Virus record (IMG/VR): IMGVR_UViG_3300007280_000474 | Length of the DNA: 64,000 bases | Direction: 5' to 3' (one strand) | Source of the DNA: a virus | Lineage: Duplodnaviria; Caudoviricetes | In this document: positions 48,821-59,992 of the stretch, in pieces | How the letters are laid out: each line of letters begins with the position of its first letter | Numbering within the stretch: the first letter of the stretch is position 1 | Notes under the pieces: generated by a model | What the model was told of the DNA's origin: nothing | Databases searched by the model: none | The model's input: only the letters and a program-made list of their open reading frames with translations | Made by a program: the position numbers and the translations under genes

Positions 48821-51691
48821 TTAATCGTACATTACCATTTGGATCCAAGCATGAGTTGCTGTTCCAAAACTTCTACTTGCTCCTGTTTCTGCTTCTCTTA
48901 ATCTTAGTTTGATTGTTGGAGTTGCTGAACCATCAAACAATGTAGGCGAGCCACTGCTACCGCCACCTGCTAATTCTCTTGTAGCCATAGTGGTTTCAAT
49001 TGAACTCGCATAGTACTTGTTGTTTGCGTAATCGTAACCGTATAACATAACTGATGCTGGAGGGAAGTTATATCCTGTGAATGTGATACTTACTTCACCA
49101 CTGGTTGTACTATCAATTGATATGCTGTTAATACCAGATGTTTTATCTGATGTACTATCTAAGTTACCGTTTGTTGCATAGTTAAGTTTAAATCTTTCTA
49201 CAGTAGCACCTGAACCACCACCGCCACCGCCTGTGGCTGAAATAGTAACTGTATCAGTTGTGCTGTTAGTTGTAAGAGCAATACCTGAACCAGCTGCAAA
49301 GTTAAGTGTATCAGTTGTGCTGTCAGCCTCAATAGTGTTTTGTCCACTAATTGCAATGCTAGAGAATACGTTCTGAGAACCTCCTCCGCCTCCGCCACCA
49401 GTTACTGTAGTGAAAGTGAAATTACCGCTACCATCTGTTGTTAAAACTTGACCGTTTGTTCCGTCTGAGCCAACGTCTATTAAACCAAGTAAAGTATTAG
49501 TATTAGTATCCGTATCTGTTGTTTTATTTGTCCACGAATAGTCTGACCCGTCCCAAGTTAGAACTTGTCCTGAATTTGCACTGCTTACATTTAGATGATC
49601 ATCTACGTCACCTTGTACTTCTGATTCAAGGTTGAGGAATTCAAATTGACTGTTAGGAGCATTATACTTTAATATGTCGCCGTTTTGTAATGTATCAACA
49701 CTGTCAACATCTGACAAGTGTTGCATATCCATATAACCGTTAACCCATGCTGAGCCTGACCATTGTGCTACTTGATTTTGTTGTAAGTTAGCAACTGTTG
49801 TATCTGTTAATGCACTAAATGTTGTTGCACCACCGCCTCCAGCAAATGAAGTTAAGTCAACACTGTTACCGCCTGTGATAGTTAATGTATTACCTGACAA
49901 TCCTAACTGTTGTGAATCTGTATTTACATAGGTACCTAGTACACCAGTTAAGTCAACGTTACTGTTACTACCGCTGATAGTAATTACATTGCCTGCTAAA
50001 CTTAATGTTTGTGGCGATTGTCCTGGGTTTGATTGAGCCCAAACAGAACCAGTGTAAACGTATGTATGAGCATCATCTGTGTCATACCATAAGTCACCTG
50101 CGTTTGGACTAGTTGGTGGATCTGATTGTACAACTGCTGTACCACCAGCGGCACCCGTAGCACCCTGCGGTCCTTGTGGACCTGTAGCACCGGTTGCACC
50201 AACCGCACCTTGTACATTACCAGTAACATTAACTGTGCTTAAATCATTAAGTGTGAGTGTTATTACACCATTTGTTACTGAAGCACTTGTAATTGTTTGT
50301 CCATCATCACCATCACTACCGTTAGTACCTGCTGGGCCCTGTGGTCCTTGAGGTCCTTGAATGTTACCTAAGTTTTGCGTACTTGTATTTGAATAGTTAA
50401 ATATTAAGTCACCGCCTGTTAATGATGTTGATATAACACCAACGCCATCGGCACCATCTGCACCTGCTGGTCCAGTAGCACCTGTATTACCCTGTGGCCC
50501 TTGTGGACCTGGTACTGTACTATCTGCACCGTCGGCTCCGTCTGCACCTGCTGGACCTGTTGGTCCTGTTGCTCCAGTATCTCCTTGCGGTCCTGCTGGG
50601 CCTTGTGCGCCTGTTGTTCCTTGTAATCCTTGTGGGCCTTGCGGTCCTGTTGCACCGTCTGCGCCATCTGCGCCATCTGCGCCATCATTACCTGCAGGTC
50701 CTTGAGGTCCTGTTGGGCCTGTTAATCCTTGAGGTCCTTGAGCACCTGTGTCTCCAGTATCACCTTGAACACCCTGTGGGCCTGTTGCTCCGACATTACC
50801 TTGTGGTCCTTGTGGTCCTGCTACACCAACAACTGCACTTAAATCAATTGTTGTGCCATCGTAAGATAAATCGCTACCACTTAGTGATAATGCACTTGGT
50901 CTATTTTGTAAATCTGTATAGTTACCAGTAAATGATACTGTGCTTAATTCCGTATTGCTGTTTGCTAATGCATTGGCTACTTCTGCTAAACTGTCTAAAC
51001 TTACGTTAGCACCGCCAACTACTCTGCTTTCTAATGCGTCAACGTATGCTTTAACAGATTGCTGTGATGGAAGTTTAGTAGCATCATTTGATGACATATC
51101 ATCTTCATCAACTAATGCATTAGTAATTCTAGCATCTGCTCTAGCGTCTGCTCTAGCATCTGTGAAGTATAAGTTAGTTGATCCTTCAGATAAGTCATCT
51201 GTATCTTTAGCACTAAAGCCTGCATCTACTCTTGCATCGGCTCTTGCGTCTGTATAATATTGATTAGTTGAACCTTCTGCTACATCATCTGTTGTTTGTG
51301 CATCAACGTATGCTTGCATTTCTGAGTTTGCAGTTGAAATACTGTTTGTAACACTTGTAGTATTTGCAAAACTCTTGCCTGCTAATAATGTTTCTACATC
51401 ACTGTCGCCATAACTTGCTGGTATATCGCCTACTTGAAATTCATTTGCTGATGCGTTCCATAACAATGCTTGTCCGTTAGTAACCCCGCTGATACTAGCA
51501 ACATCTGATAAATCAGATATTGCTTGGACATTGCTATTTCCGCCACCACCGCCTGATGCTAAGTTGATTATGTTGGGAGACCCGCTTACTCCAATGTATA
51601 GATTTCCTGAATCGGTAGCATAGAGCAACTCACCTTCTGCGGGATTGACTGGTAAGTTTGCTTCTAAACCCCTTCTTATTTGTAAAGCCAT
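48821..51691 (-). CDS. Collagen-like tail-fibre protein
   Basis: MALQIRRG N-terminus (EGEL.Y.TD), long Gly-X-Y repeats, GDLWYD. Confidence 0.85.
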   Translation of the reverse strand: MALQIRRGLEANLPVNPAEGELLYATDSGNLYIGVSGSPNIINLASGGGGGNSNVQAISDLSDVASISGVTNGQALLWNASANEFQVGDIPASYGDSDVETLLAGKSFANTTSVTNSISTANSEMQAYVDAQTTDDVAEGSTNQYYTDARADARVDAGFSAKDTDDLSEGSTNLYFTDARADARADARITNALVDEDDMSSNDATKLPSQQSVKAYVDALESRVVGGANVSLDSLAEVANALANSNTELSTVSFTGNYTDLQNRPSALSLSGSDLSYDGTTIDLSAVVGVAGPQGPQGNVGATGPQGVQGDTGDTGAQGPQGLTGPTGPQGPAGNDGADGADGADGATGPQGPQGLQGTTGAQGPAGPQGDTGATGPTGPAGADGADGADSTVPGPQGPQGNTGATGPAGADGADGVGVISTSLTGGDLIFNYSNTSTQNLGNIQGPQGPQGPAGTNGSDGDDGQTITSASVTNGVITLTLNDLSTVNVTGNVQGAVGATGATGPQGPQGATGAAGGTAVVQSDPPTSPNAGDLWYDTDDAHTYVYTGSVWAQSNPGQSPQTLSLAGNVITISGSNSNVDLTGVLGTYVNTDSQQLGLSGNTLTITGGNSVDLTSFAGGGGATTFSALTDTTVANLQQNQVAQWSGSAWVNGYMDMQHLSDVDSVDTLQNGDILKYNAPNSQFEFLNLESEVQGDVDDHLNVSSANSGQVLTWDGSDYSWTNKTTDTDTNTNTLLGLIDVGSDGTNGQVLTTDGSGNFTFTTVTGGGGGGGSQNVFSSIAISGQNTIEADSTTDTLNFAAGSGIALTTNSTTDTVTISATGGGGGGSGATVERFKLNYATNGNLDSTSDKTSGINSISIDSTTSGEVSITFTGYNFPPASVMLYGYDYANNKYYASSIETTMATRELAGGGSSGSPTLFDGSATPTIKLRLREAETGASRSFGTATHAWIQMVMYD

Positions 51692-51710
51692 TTTCTTTTG
51701 TGTCTCCTAA

Positions 51711-53600
51711 TTAAAATGAACCCATGTCAAGTGTTATACCTGACGGCGCCGTAAATGTTCCAAAGTCTAGCCCTTGGTTAACTATGTTACTAGAAATTGT
51801 AATGCTCTGCGCCGATGCATTTGTTTCTAGTGTGATATTGTTGCCTGCTACATACGTTACAGTATCTTCGCCCGATGCAACAACATCGTTTTGTCCTGTT
51901 ACTGAGATAGTGCTGAATGCATTTGATGCACTGCCACCACCACCGTTATTATCTACCCAAGCATAGTCGGACCCATTCCAACTTAATACTTGATCAGCAG
52001 TTGCACTGCTGACATTTAGATGTGAGTCTACGCCACCTGTGCTTATTCCGCTACCTGAATTTCCTAGTATTGGTGTTAAATCTACGTTACTATCACTACC
52101 ACTGATTGTGATTACATTGCCTGCTAAACTAAGTGTTTGATCAGTGTCATCCATCATCACACTTAAATCTACAGTGTTGCCACCGCTTAAACTTAATCGC
52201 TTAGTAGATGCATTCCAACTTAATGATTGAATAAAACTTGCCACACTAATGTTGGCAACGTCAGTGATAACACCCTTTTCGTTTACTGTAAACTGAGGTA
52301 TAGTTGTGCCTGCACCGTATGTGCCTGCATCAACACCTGAGTCTGGTAATGAATCTTCTTCGTTAATACTTGTAACACGGCCTAGTACATCAACTGTAAC
52401 GTTTGCAGTTTTACCTGATCCACCGTATGTACCTGGTGCGGCACCTGTCTGCTCCATGTAAATAGATACAGTACCATTACCGCCACCACCACCTAAACCT
52501 GCGCCTGCATCAACACCTGTGATGTCTCCTTGTGGGATAGCAATTTCTGTAACACCTGTGATAACACCTGTGCTATCTACTGTAAATTGTGCTACGTTAC
52601 CGGTATCACCATATGTTCCTGCTGTTACTCCTGATGCTGGTAGTACTGGAGTTACATTGCTTGCTTCAAATCTGCTTGCTGATGCATTGTATACCAATGC
52701 TTGTCCGTTTGTTGCACCTGCTACACTGACGTCTGCTAAGTCGCCTACTGATGCATTACCAATAATGTTGTCTGCTGATGCTGAAATTGTAATGGCATCA
52801 TCTGCTGGGTCAGTTGTTATAGTAACACCTGCACCTTCTCTAAATGTTAATATGTCTTCTGCTTCGTCTGCAGCTAAATCTATTTGACCTGCAACTTGAA
52901 TTGTTTTGTAAGCAAGATTAACATTGCCTGAACCGCCGCCAGTGCCGCCAACAATAGCAATCTGGTCTACGTTTTGTATTCTACCGTAAGCATCAACAGT
53001 TATTTGAGGAACTGTTGTGGCATTACCGTATGTGGCTGCTGTTACACCTGTTGCAACAAGATTAACTGTTGCTTGAGCATTGTTGCCTGTACCACCAGTG
53101 ACTGTGATTTGTCCTGATGTTCCTGATAGTGAACCAACAAAGTCATCTGTGATTGTTTGAGCACTATCTGCAACAAGAGCAACTTCGCTTATTGCAGTTA
53201 TTTGTCCTTTATCGTTAACTGTGAATGTAGGGATAGTGTTTGCAGCACCGTATGTACCACTAACGTTTGCAATATCTGAAATGTACACACCAGTGGCATT
53301 TGATGTTAAGCCACCGCCCATTCCGGCTAATACGTTTAAACTAAGTCCAGACTTGTTAATACCGTTACCAGCACTGTACACATCCATGGAGCCAGGCTTC
53401 CACTTGTTATCTGAGTGGTAAATTAATGTTTCACCAACATCAGGTGTGTAAGCACCTTGTGCTACGATTTCTTCAATATCATTTAATTGAACATTCCAAA
53501 ATTGAATGCTGTCGCCGGCATTGTTTACTTTCGCAAACTTGTTCGCGGCTAGTTCGTAACTGCTAGGAGTATCATTAAGTTGAATGAATGTATTTGCCAT
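51711..53600 (-). CDS. Tail-fibre-like structural protein
   Basis: Repeated GTYG....P.FTV...G.IT; late promoter at 53637-53644. Confidence 0.75.
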   Translation of the reverse strand: MANTFIQLNDTPSSYELAANKFAKVNNAGDSIQFWNVQLNDIEEIVAQGAYTPDVGETLIYHSDNKWKPGSMDVYSAGNGINKSGLSLNVLAGMGGGLTSNATGVYISDIANVSGTYGAANTIPTFTVNDKGQITAISEVALVADSAQTITDDFVGSLSGTSGQITVTGGTGNNAQATVNLVATGVTAATYGNATTVPQITVDAYGRIQNVDQIAIVGGTGGGSGNVNLAYKTIQVAGQIDLAADEAEDILTFREGAGVTITTDPADDAITISASADNIIGNASVGDLADVSVAGATNGQALVYNASASRFEASNVTPVLPASGVTAGTYGDTGNVAQFTVDSTGVITGVTEIAIPQGDITGVDAGAGLGGGGGNGTVSIYMEQTGAAPGTYGGSGKTANVTVDVLGRVTSINEEDSLPDSGVDAGTYGAGTTIPQFTVNEKGVITDVANISVASFIQSLSWNASTKRLSLSGGNTVDLSVMMDDTDQTLSLAGNVITISGSDSNVDLTPILGNSGSGISTGGVDSHLNVSSATADQVLSWNGSDYAWVDNNGGGGSASNAFSTISVTGQNDVVASGEDTVTYVAGNNITLETNASAQSITISSNIVNQGLDFGTFTAPSGITLDMGSF

Positions 53601-53648
53601 TTAGTATCCTGATCACGTGTTAATCGTTCTTAACACTATTTATCAAGA

Positions 53649-54083
53649 CTAGGCCGATAAGATTGCTTGGGTTATTTGACCGTATGAATTATCGTAAGTT
53701 TCGCCATCACCGATATATGTTCTGTCCATATACACTCTTAACCAGGCAAAATTACCTGTAAAACTGTATGCTTGCGAACCGTCTGCTGGGTCGTTTGCAT
53801 TGAATTGAATAAATCCTGCGGCGTTCCATGCTACTGTGTTGTCAGTGATACTACCATATGTGCTTATATCTTGTTGGATATCAAACCAATCTGCATCAGT
53901 TGGCTCTAGAGAAAGTGTTGCTTGAATTCTGAGACGCCCTACGAAGTCTGCGTATGTTACTTGGATAGTGTGGAAACCGTCTGTGTAGCCATAGTAACTG
54001 TCAGCCTTAACTGCTGTTCCATATGAACTCATGTTAGAACCAGTTGCTTCTAGTATATTTGCATGTCTACGATGTATTGGCAT
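53649..54083 (-). CDS. Putative structural protein
   Basis: GDG-like YYG..DG.HT, GNFAWLR; late promoter at 54110-54117. Confidence 0.6.
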   Translation of the reverse strand: MPIHRRHANILEATGSNMSSYGTAVKADSYYGYTDGFHTIQVTYADFVGRLRIQATLSLEPTDADWFDIQQDISTYGSITDNTVAWNAAGFIQFNANDPADGSQAYSFTGNFAWLRVYMDRTYIGDGETYDNSYGQITQAILSA

Positions 54084-54108
54084 AGTTAATGATCCTCAGA
54101 TTACCTAA

Positions 54109-54789
54109 CTATTTATCATATAAAGGTAGCTCTGAGAACAACTTTATCTTGTCTACTGTGCGTATATTGTTTTTAAATGATAAGAAAGCAAATGCTTCTA
54201 GGTCTTTCCACTCGTCAGCATCGCAGTACAAGTAGTTGTAAAACCATTTAGAGTACATAGAATTATCAGTGATAGAAAATCTATAGTCTTCAAAGTTATT
54301 CTCCACAAACGTATAGATTGAATTTCGTATGTCTTGGTCTTTACTGATGTCGGTGCCTTTGAATTTCCATGGGGTATTCAATCCAACACTGAATTCTATT
54401 CTAGTATCAAACTTTCTATACCAGTTTTGGTCTCGTAATACAAGCCCAGGTGTGTGCATATCCAAAATATGCTGTTCGCTAACAGGAACATGAACACTGT
54501 CAACATAGTCTGACATCCAATTAATAAACCATAAAAAGTCGTCCCACAACGAAAAGTATATGTTTCTGCTTTTAGGAGTATGCAATTCTCTTTTAAAGAA
54601 CATGTTGGTTGTTCGTAAGAAGTCCGTCACTTCCCAATGCATGTTAGGATCATACTCGGGGTGAGGATGTCCTGGTCCTTTTATACAGACACGATAAGGA
54701 TAGTCTCCAAAGTAAATTTTGGTGCTAGGATATATTTTTATTTTTTCGTCAACGTCTTTTTTAGTGCAGTGTTGTATGTGTAAAGTCAT
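54109..54789 (-). CDS. Hypothetical protein
   Basis: Start re-assigned to MTLHIQ. Confidence 0.55.
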   Translation of the reverse strand: MTLHIQHCTKKDVDEKIKIYPSTKIYFGDYPYRVCIKGPGHPHPEYDPNMHWEVTDFLRTTNMFFKRELHTPKSRNIYFSLWDDFLWFINWMSDYVDSVHVPVSEQHILDMHTPGLVLRDQNWYRKFDTRIEFSVGLNTPWKFKGTDISKDQDIRNSIYTFVENNFEDYRFSITDNSMYSKWFYNYLYCDADEWKDLEAFAFLSFKNNIRTVDKIKLFSELPLYDK

Positions 54790-56962
54790 ATTCTTCCCCA
54801 TCAAACAACACAGTGATTGTGGTATCTGATAGATTTTCAAAGAGTATTTTTTTACTGAGAGGCTTTTTGATTTTGTTTTCAAATACTCTCTTTAATGGTC
54901 TTGCACCCATAGTAGGTTCATAACCATCCTCTGCTAATTGCTTCCTTGCACCTTCTGACAATTCAATTACAACGTTTGATTCGTTTTCTTCTAGTAAAGC
55001 ATTTGTATCTTTAACTAGCCTGTCTACAATTAACAACATCAACTCTTCTGATAATTTGTTAAATTCAATTACAGCATCTAATCTGTTTCTAAACTCTGGC
55101 GTAAAGAACTTATTAACTGCTTTGTTTTGTTCGCCCTTCTTGGTTTGATCTCCGAAACCAATCTTCTTCTCTTCTGCCGCCGCGGCACCTAAGTTGGATG
55201 TCATCAACAGCACTACATTAGTAAAGTCAACAACATTACCTGTAGCACCTGTAAGTCTACCATCGTCCATTACTTGTAACAATACCTGTAATACTTCTGG
55301 TGCGGCTTTCTCAACCTCATCAAGTAGCAGTACACAATTAGGTGACTGTTCTACTTCTGCAAGCAGTTGCCCTTGGCCCATCTTGCCCTCAGCATGTCCT
55401 ACATAACCTGGAGGAGCACCAATAAGTTTAGCAACACTGTGACGCTCTTGATATTCTGACATGTCAAACTTAACAAGTTTAGCATCCATATGGTTTGCTA
55501 ATGCCCTTGCTGTTTCAGTTTTACCTGTACCTGTTGGGCCTACAAACAAGTAACTGCCCACTGGCTTGTTCTTTTCTCTGAGCCCTGCTTTACTTACTAA
55601 GATGTTTTCTACAATAGCATCAACTGCTTGATCTTGTCCGTATACCTGTCCTTTGATTCTTTGATCAAGTTCTCGATAGCCGTCCTTCTTCTCAATGTCA
55701 ATCATTTCTTCATTCATCTTGCTTACTTTAGACAGCACTGTAATAACATCGTTGATTGTAACTGTTTCTCTGCCTGCTAGTTTTACTCTAGCACCTGCGG
55801 CATCTACAATGTCTAGTGCCTTGTCTGGGAAATACTTGTTCTTGACATATCTGTCTGTGAGGTCTACTAATTTATCTAGCACACCATCTTCGTATTTTAC
55901 TATGTGGAAGTTCTCGTAATGACCTTTCAGTCCATTAACAATACGTTTTGTATCTTCTACAGATGTTTGTTCAATGTCTAGTCTTGCAAACCTACGCATC
56001 AATGCTCTGTCTTTGTCAAAACTGTTTGCAAATTCGTCTGGTGTAGTTGCACCAATAGTTAATAGTCTACCTTTGCCCAACACAGGCTTGATCATGTTTG
56101 CAACATCAACACTGCTGTTGCCGCCTGCGCCAGCACCCATAATCATATGTATTTCATCAATAAACAAAATAGTGTCTGGGTTATCTTCTAGCACTTCTAA
56201 CACTAGTTTGAGACGCTCCTCAAAGTCACCTCTGTATCTTGTGCCTGCTAATAAGTCTCCAATACTCAAACTGTATACAACTTTGCTACGCAATAGAGGA
56301 GGTACCTCACCGTCCACAATACGTTTTGCAAGGCCTTCTGCGATAGCAGTTTTACCTGTACCTGGTTCGCCAACTAGTACACAATTATTTTTCTTACGTC
56401 TTGCTAGGATATGTACTAAGTCATCTACTTCTGTTTCTCTACCAATAAGAGGATCAATACGATTCTTATTTGCTTCTTTGTTTAAATTGGTAGTGTATTC
56501 TTCTACAAGCTCTGCACTCTTGCTGTTGCGTATCTCCTTGTCTACTTGCTCTACAACGCCGTTACGCCCAAAGCCTGCTAGTTCGCAGTAGTATTGTGCA
56601 TATGAATTATCTTCGCTTAGAATGCTTGTAAACACGTCTAGTGGCTGTATTTGTTGCTTGCCTTGGAAGATGACTTGTGCTAATGCACGTTGGATAACAC
56701 GTTCAACTGCTTGCGTTTTCTTAGGAGAACCTTTGACACCGTGAGCTGCTTTGATTCCATTGAAGTCTTCGTTGAGTAGAAAGCCTTCTAAGTCTTGACG
56801 AATTTGTATTCTATCAACTTGCATTACTTCTGCAAGGTTCACAATGTCGTCACACTCTAATAAAGTGTGCAAAATATGTTCGCAAGTCAAGTACTCATGC
56901 TGAAGGTCTGTGGCATAATTTAGCGATTCTCTAATAATGTCATCTAGCAGTTTGCTATCCAT
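54761..56962 (-). CDS. clpA: ClpA-like Hsp100 ATPase
   Basis: GEPGTGKT, LFIDEIH, GPTGTGKT, LLDEVEKA, IGF ClpP-docking loop, MGARP. Confidence 0.93.
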   Translation of the reverse strand: MDSKLLDDIIRESLNYATDLQHEYLTCEHILHTLLECDDIVNLAEVMQVDRIQIRQDLEGFLLNEDFNGIKAAHGVKGSPKKTQAVERVIQRALAQVIFQGKQQIQPLDVFTSILSEDNSYAQYYCELAGFGRNGVVEQVDKEIRNSKSAELVEEYTTNLNKEANKNRIDPLIGRETEVDDLVHILARRKKNNCVLVGEPGTGKTAIAEGLAKRIVDGEVPPLLRSKVVYSLSIGDLLAGTRYRGDFEERLKLVLEVLEDNPDTILFIDEIHMIMGAGAGGNSSVDVANMIKPVLGKGRLLTIGATTPDEFANSFDKDRALMRRFARLDIEQTSVEDTKRIVNGLKGHYENFHIVKYEDGVLDKLVDLTDRYVKNKYFPDKALDIVDAAGARVKLAGRETVTINDVITVLSKVSKMNEEMIDIEKKDGYRELDQRIKGQVYGQDQAVDAIVENILVSKAGLREKNKPVGSYLFVGPTGTGKTETARALANHMDAKLVKFDMSEYQERHSVAKLIGAPPGYVGHAEGKMGQGQLLAEVEQSPNCVLLLDEVEKAAPEVLQVLLQVMDDGRLTGATGNVVDFTNVVLLMTSNLGAAAAEEKKIGFGDQTKKGEQNKAVNKFFTPEFRNRLDAVIEFNKLSEELMLLIVDRLVKDTNALLEENESNVVIELSEGARKQLAEDGYEPTMGARPLKRVFENKIKKPLSKKILFENLSDTTITVLFDGEEYDFTHTTLH

Positions 56963-56964
56963 CG

Positions 56965-57759
56965 TTACTTGTTACCTCTTTGTTTAATAGTATTTAATAA
57001 ATCTATGCTTTCTGGGTCAGTGATATCTGGTATATGTACGTCTACAATAACATATAGGCTACCTGTGCCTCCTGTAGTAGGACTTTGCATACCTAAACCA
57101 CTTAGTCTTACCCTTTCTCCTGGCTGTATTCCTGCGGGTATTTGTACAGAATACTTCTTACCATTGATGTGTTTTACTTTTATTTCGATTCCTGTTATTG
57201 CATCGAGAGCATCAATCATGTATCTTACATACAAGTTATCTCCATCTCTGCCCCAGTTGCTTGGTGTATCAACATTCACATGTACAAACACATCTCCTGG
57301 TGGCATGTTAGGATCACGTTGCCTACCTTTGCCTGCTACACGCAATCTGGCACCATCTCTAATGCCTGCAGGTATTCTAATAGATACTTCACTGCCGTCC
57401 GGCATGTTTAAATTAAAATTACTGCCGTTGTATGCTTCCTCTAAACTTATGTGTAGATTAAACTGTGAGTCAGGATTCTTTCTAACACGTTGTCCAAAGC
57501 CTCCGCCTCCGAAGATACTGCCAAAGATATCCTCAAAGTTCATATTGCCTTCGAAGCCTTGCCCGAATGGATTAGGATTATCGTACTGCTCTTTCTTTTG
57601 TGGATCGCTTAGAGTATCATATGCCTCTTGTATCTTTTTGAATTGCTCAGCATCACCTCCCTTGTCAGGGTGATGTTTAGAGGCAAGTTTTCTGTATGCC
57701 TTCTTTATGTCACTTGGTGAGCTGGTGCGATCAACACCTAGATGTTCGTAGTAATCCAT
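56965..57759 (-). CDS. DnaJ class B (CbpA-like) co-chaperone
   Basis: J-domain HHPD, G/F linker, C-terminal domain, no Zn finger; TTGACT-16-TATAAT ends 6 nt before the ATG. Confidence 0.92.
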   Translation of the reverse strand: MDYYEHLGVDRTSSPSDIKKAYRKLASKHHPDKGGDAEQFKKIQEAYDTLSDPQKKEQYDNPNPFGQGFEGNMNFEDIFGSIFGGGGFGQRVRKNPDSQFNLHISLEEAYNGSNFNLNMPDGSEVSIRIPAGIRDGARLRVAGKGRQRDPNMPPGDVFVHVNVDTPSNWGRDGDNLYVRYMIDALDAITGIEIKVKHINGKKYSVQIPAGIQPGERVRLSGLGMQSPTTGGTGSLYVIVDVHIPDITDPESIDLLNTIKQRGNK

Positions 57760-57797
57760 TTAAGAATTATAGCACAAATAACAAACAAGTCAAGTGC

Positions 57798-58031
57798 TTA
57801 ACTTAATTCTTGGACTAAATTTACAATATCTTTTACTGTTCGAATGTTTTCGAGATCGTCGTCGTCAATTTCAATGTCAAATTCTTTTTCACATTCAACA
57901 ACAATTTCAATTGAGTCGAGGCTGTCAGCATTTAGATCATTTATCAAATGCTTATCGATATTAATTTCATTTACAGGAACACTGAATTGTTCAGCAATAA
58001 TTCTAAATATAGTTTCTTCTTGTGATAACAT
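57798..58031 (-). CDS. acpP: Acyl carrier protein
   Basis: DLNADSLDSIEIV (phosphopantetheine Ser), EFDIEI.D, TVKD. Confidence 0.92.
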   Translation of the reverse strand: MLSQEETIFRIIAEQFSVPVNEINIDKHLINDLNADSLDSIEIVVECEKEFDIEIDDDDLENIRTVKDIVNLVQELS

Positions 58032-58042
58032 ACTAATATTTA

Positions 58043-58780
58043 TTAGTCCTTCTTAATAGAAGGTATTAGTTTTGAAATGCTGAATCCTGTATCTTCCTCG
58101 GCAGGTGCAGCCGCTTTTGATGCTTCTGCTTCTTGTTGTGGATTATCTTGCTTTGCTTTTTCTACTTGCTTGTCTTGCTTTGCTTCGTTCTTATCTAGCC
58201 AATCTTCCTTGTCATCGTTCTTGTTAGCACCTGTGGCTTCACGATAGTAAAGGATAATTTCTTTTTGCTGTTTGATAAAACGTTTGATGTCTTGTAAGTT
58301 AGCAGCCATGTTCTCATAGCCTTTTGGAGTAATAGCCATAACAACAAATTCGCCACCTATCATTTTCTCAACTTCTGCAATCTTCTGTTCTAAGTTACCG
58401 CACACCATTATAACTTCACCGTTATCATCTACCAACGGCTCTCTTGGTATACGTTTACCTTCTGCGTCTCTGACTGCACGAGTACTTGTAGTGCCGTCCT
58501 CTTTGGTATACTGTTCGCTCATGTACTTTTCTGTTGTGTAGTATTTTGGATTCTTGTTCTCGCCTGTTGCAGGTTTACAAGGTGTGTTGGTTAACACTTT
58601 CCATTCTACATCTAACATTTGAATTGCTTGTGGCAATGGTGGCTGATATATTTCTAATGAAACTTCTTCTGTAATTACTTTAACAGGAGGCAGTGGCTGA
58701 TATGGTTGTTGCATTGTGGAGCAAGCACTCAGTCCTAAAAATAAAACTGCTATAATACCTGCATCAAATATATTTTTCAT
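58043..58780 (-). CDS. Outer-membrane lipoprotein, o-spanin-like
   Basis: Lipobox LSAC, Pro-rich, YENMAANLQDIKRFIKQQ..II.YY. Confidence 0.7.
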   Translation of the reverse strand: MKNIFDAGIIAVLFLGLSACSTMQQPYQPLPPVKVITEEVSLEIYQPPLPQAIQMLDVEWKVLTNTPCKPATGENKNPKYYTTEKYMSEQYTKEDGTTSTRAVRDAEGKRIPREPLVDDNGEVIMVCGNLEQKIAEVEKMIGGEFVVMAITPKGYENMAANLQDIKRFIKQQKEIILYYREATGANKNDDKEDWLDKNEAKQDKQVEKAKQDNPQQEAEASKAAAPAEEDTGFSISKLIPSIKKD

Positions 58781-58784
58781 TACT

Positions 58785-59231
58785 CTATTCTTTGTCATTT
58801 GGTTCGCCTGCCTGTGTGTCCTGTGAGTCTATTTCCATACTGTCCGCTTCAACAGATCTAAATACGTCTGCTGTTGCTCTGTTTGCTTTTAGTTCTATGC
58901 TACCTGGACGAGCTCTTGCTAGTTTAGTGAAGTCATGGTCTTTAAATATTCTCATGTAACTGTCACGCTCTGCATTGAGTTCGTTGTTGCGGTTTGTTAA
59001 GTTAACCATTGCGGCCGCTTGCTGTTTTGCATTTGCTTCTAATGCTTTGATTGTGTTCTCATTAGTTTGTGCGGCTGTTTGCAATGCTACGTTCTGTTGA
59101 TTGAGAACGTCAATTTGCTGTTGCTGTTGATCAATTCTAGTTTCTAGTTTGCCAACTATCCAACTGTGTGCTCCGTAGCCTATTGAGGCTAGTAATATGA
59201 TTGCGGGTAATGCTTTTAAAAATCCTAACAT
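58785..59231 (-). CDS. i-spanin-like protein
   Basis: N-terminal TM plus coiled coil; LARARPG; directly upstream of the lipoprotein. Confidence 0.7.
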   Translation of the reverse strand: MLGFLKALPAIILLASIGYGAHSWIVGKLETRIDQQQQQIDVLNQQNVALQTAAQTNENTIKALEANAKQQAAAMVNLTNRNNELNAERDSYMRIFKDHDFTKLARARPGSIELKANRATADVFRSVEADSMEIDSQDTQAGEPNDKE

Positions 59232-59992
59232 GGTTTAGTCACTAATACGTTTGTGTGTGCTGGGTCATAGATAACAAATAAATCATCTATTGGCATGGCT
59301 TTCATTTCGCCTAACATGCCTTTCAGCCCGTTAAATAATTTTACATCTGGGTTTAGGTTGATAGCATTTTCATAAATGCCTATCTCTTCCATTACTTCTG
59401 TTCCGTTACCAAACCCCAGAACCTCTAAATTTATACTGTTACGACTATCTTCTAACGTCAATACACCGTCTACTAAGTGTGCATTGTATAGGTTACTGTT
59501 CTGTAAAAACTCCATTATACTTTCATTTCTAGCAGACTCTAAGTTAGCAGTATTAAGCTCTTGCTCTAACTTATCTTTGTATTCCTGAGCCGTTAAATAG
59601 TCTTCAGCGTCTGTTTGAATGTACTTGCCTGCTTCATCAATTGGCATATAGTCTTCCATGTATGGAGTCTTAACTGACCATTTAAGTTTGCCTGCTACGT
59701 TCTCAACTTCTGCTATAAGTGCTTCGACGCTTTCCATCATACCACCTGTGCGATCTAGTTCTACAAATACCATGTAGTAACCATCATCATTTGGGTTAGG
59801 TGATACTTCAATGTCTCTGTTTTCAACTACAGAGCCACCTAAAAAATTATATAAATCTTGTGCTGCACCGTCACTGTTTACGTGGAAACCTAGTACAGCA
59901 ACATTTCTTTCGTCACCTGTTTTAGGTTCGAATTCATCTAAACTTATTTTCTTAAGAACACTGTCCTTTAAGTCGCCGGTTTTGATTCCCAT
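59225..59992 (-). CDS. Hypothetical phage protein
   Basis: 255-aa ORF. Confidence 0.7.
   Translation of the reverse strand: MGIKTGDLKDSVLKKISLDEFEPKTGDERNVAVLGFHVNSDGAAQDLYNFLGGSVVENRDIEVSPNPNDDGYYMVFVELDRTGGMMESVEALIAEVENVAGKLKWSVKTPYMEDYMPIDEAGKYIQTDAEDYLTAQEYKDKLEQELNTANLESARNESIMEFLQNSNLYNAHLVDGVLTLEDSRNSINLEVLGFGNGTEVMEEIGIYENAINLNPDVKLFNGLKGMLGEMKAMPIDDLFVIYDPAHTNVLVTKPC

Noticed and set aside
55974-57673. + strand ORFs of 205 and 234 aa
   Set aside because: Antisense to clpA and dnaJ; no independent motifs
14900-58031. Bacterial chromosome origin suggested by housekeeping genes
   Set aside because: These genes are isolated among PolB, clamp, RNase H, fibres, spanins and late promoters, with no bacterial operon context
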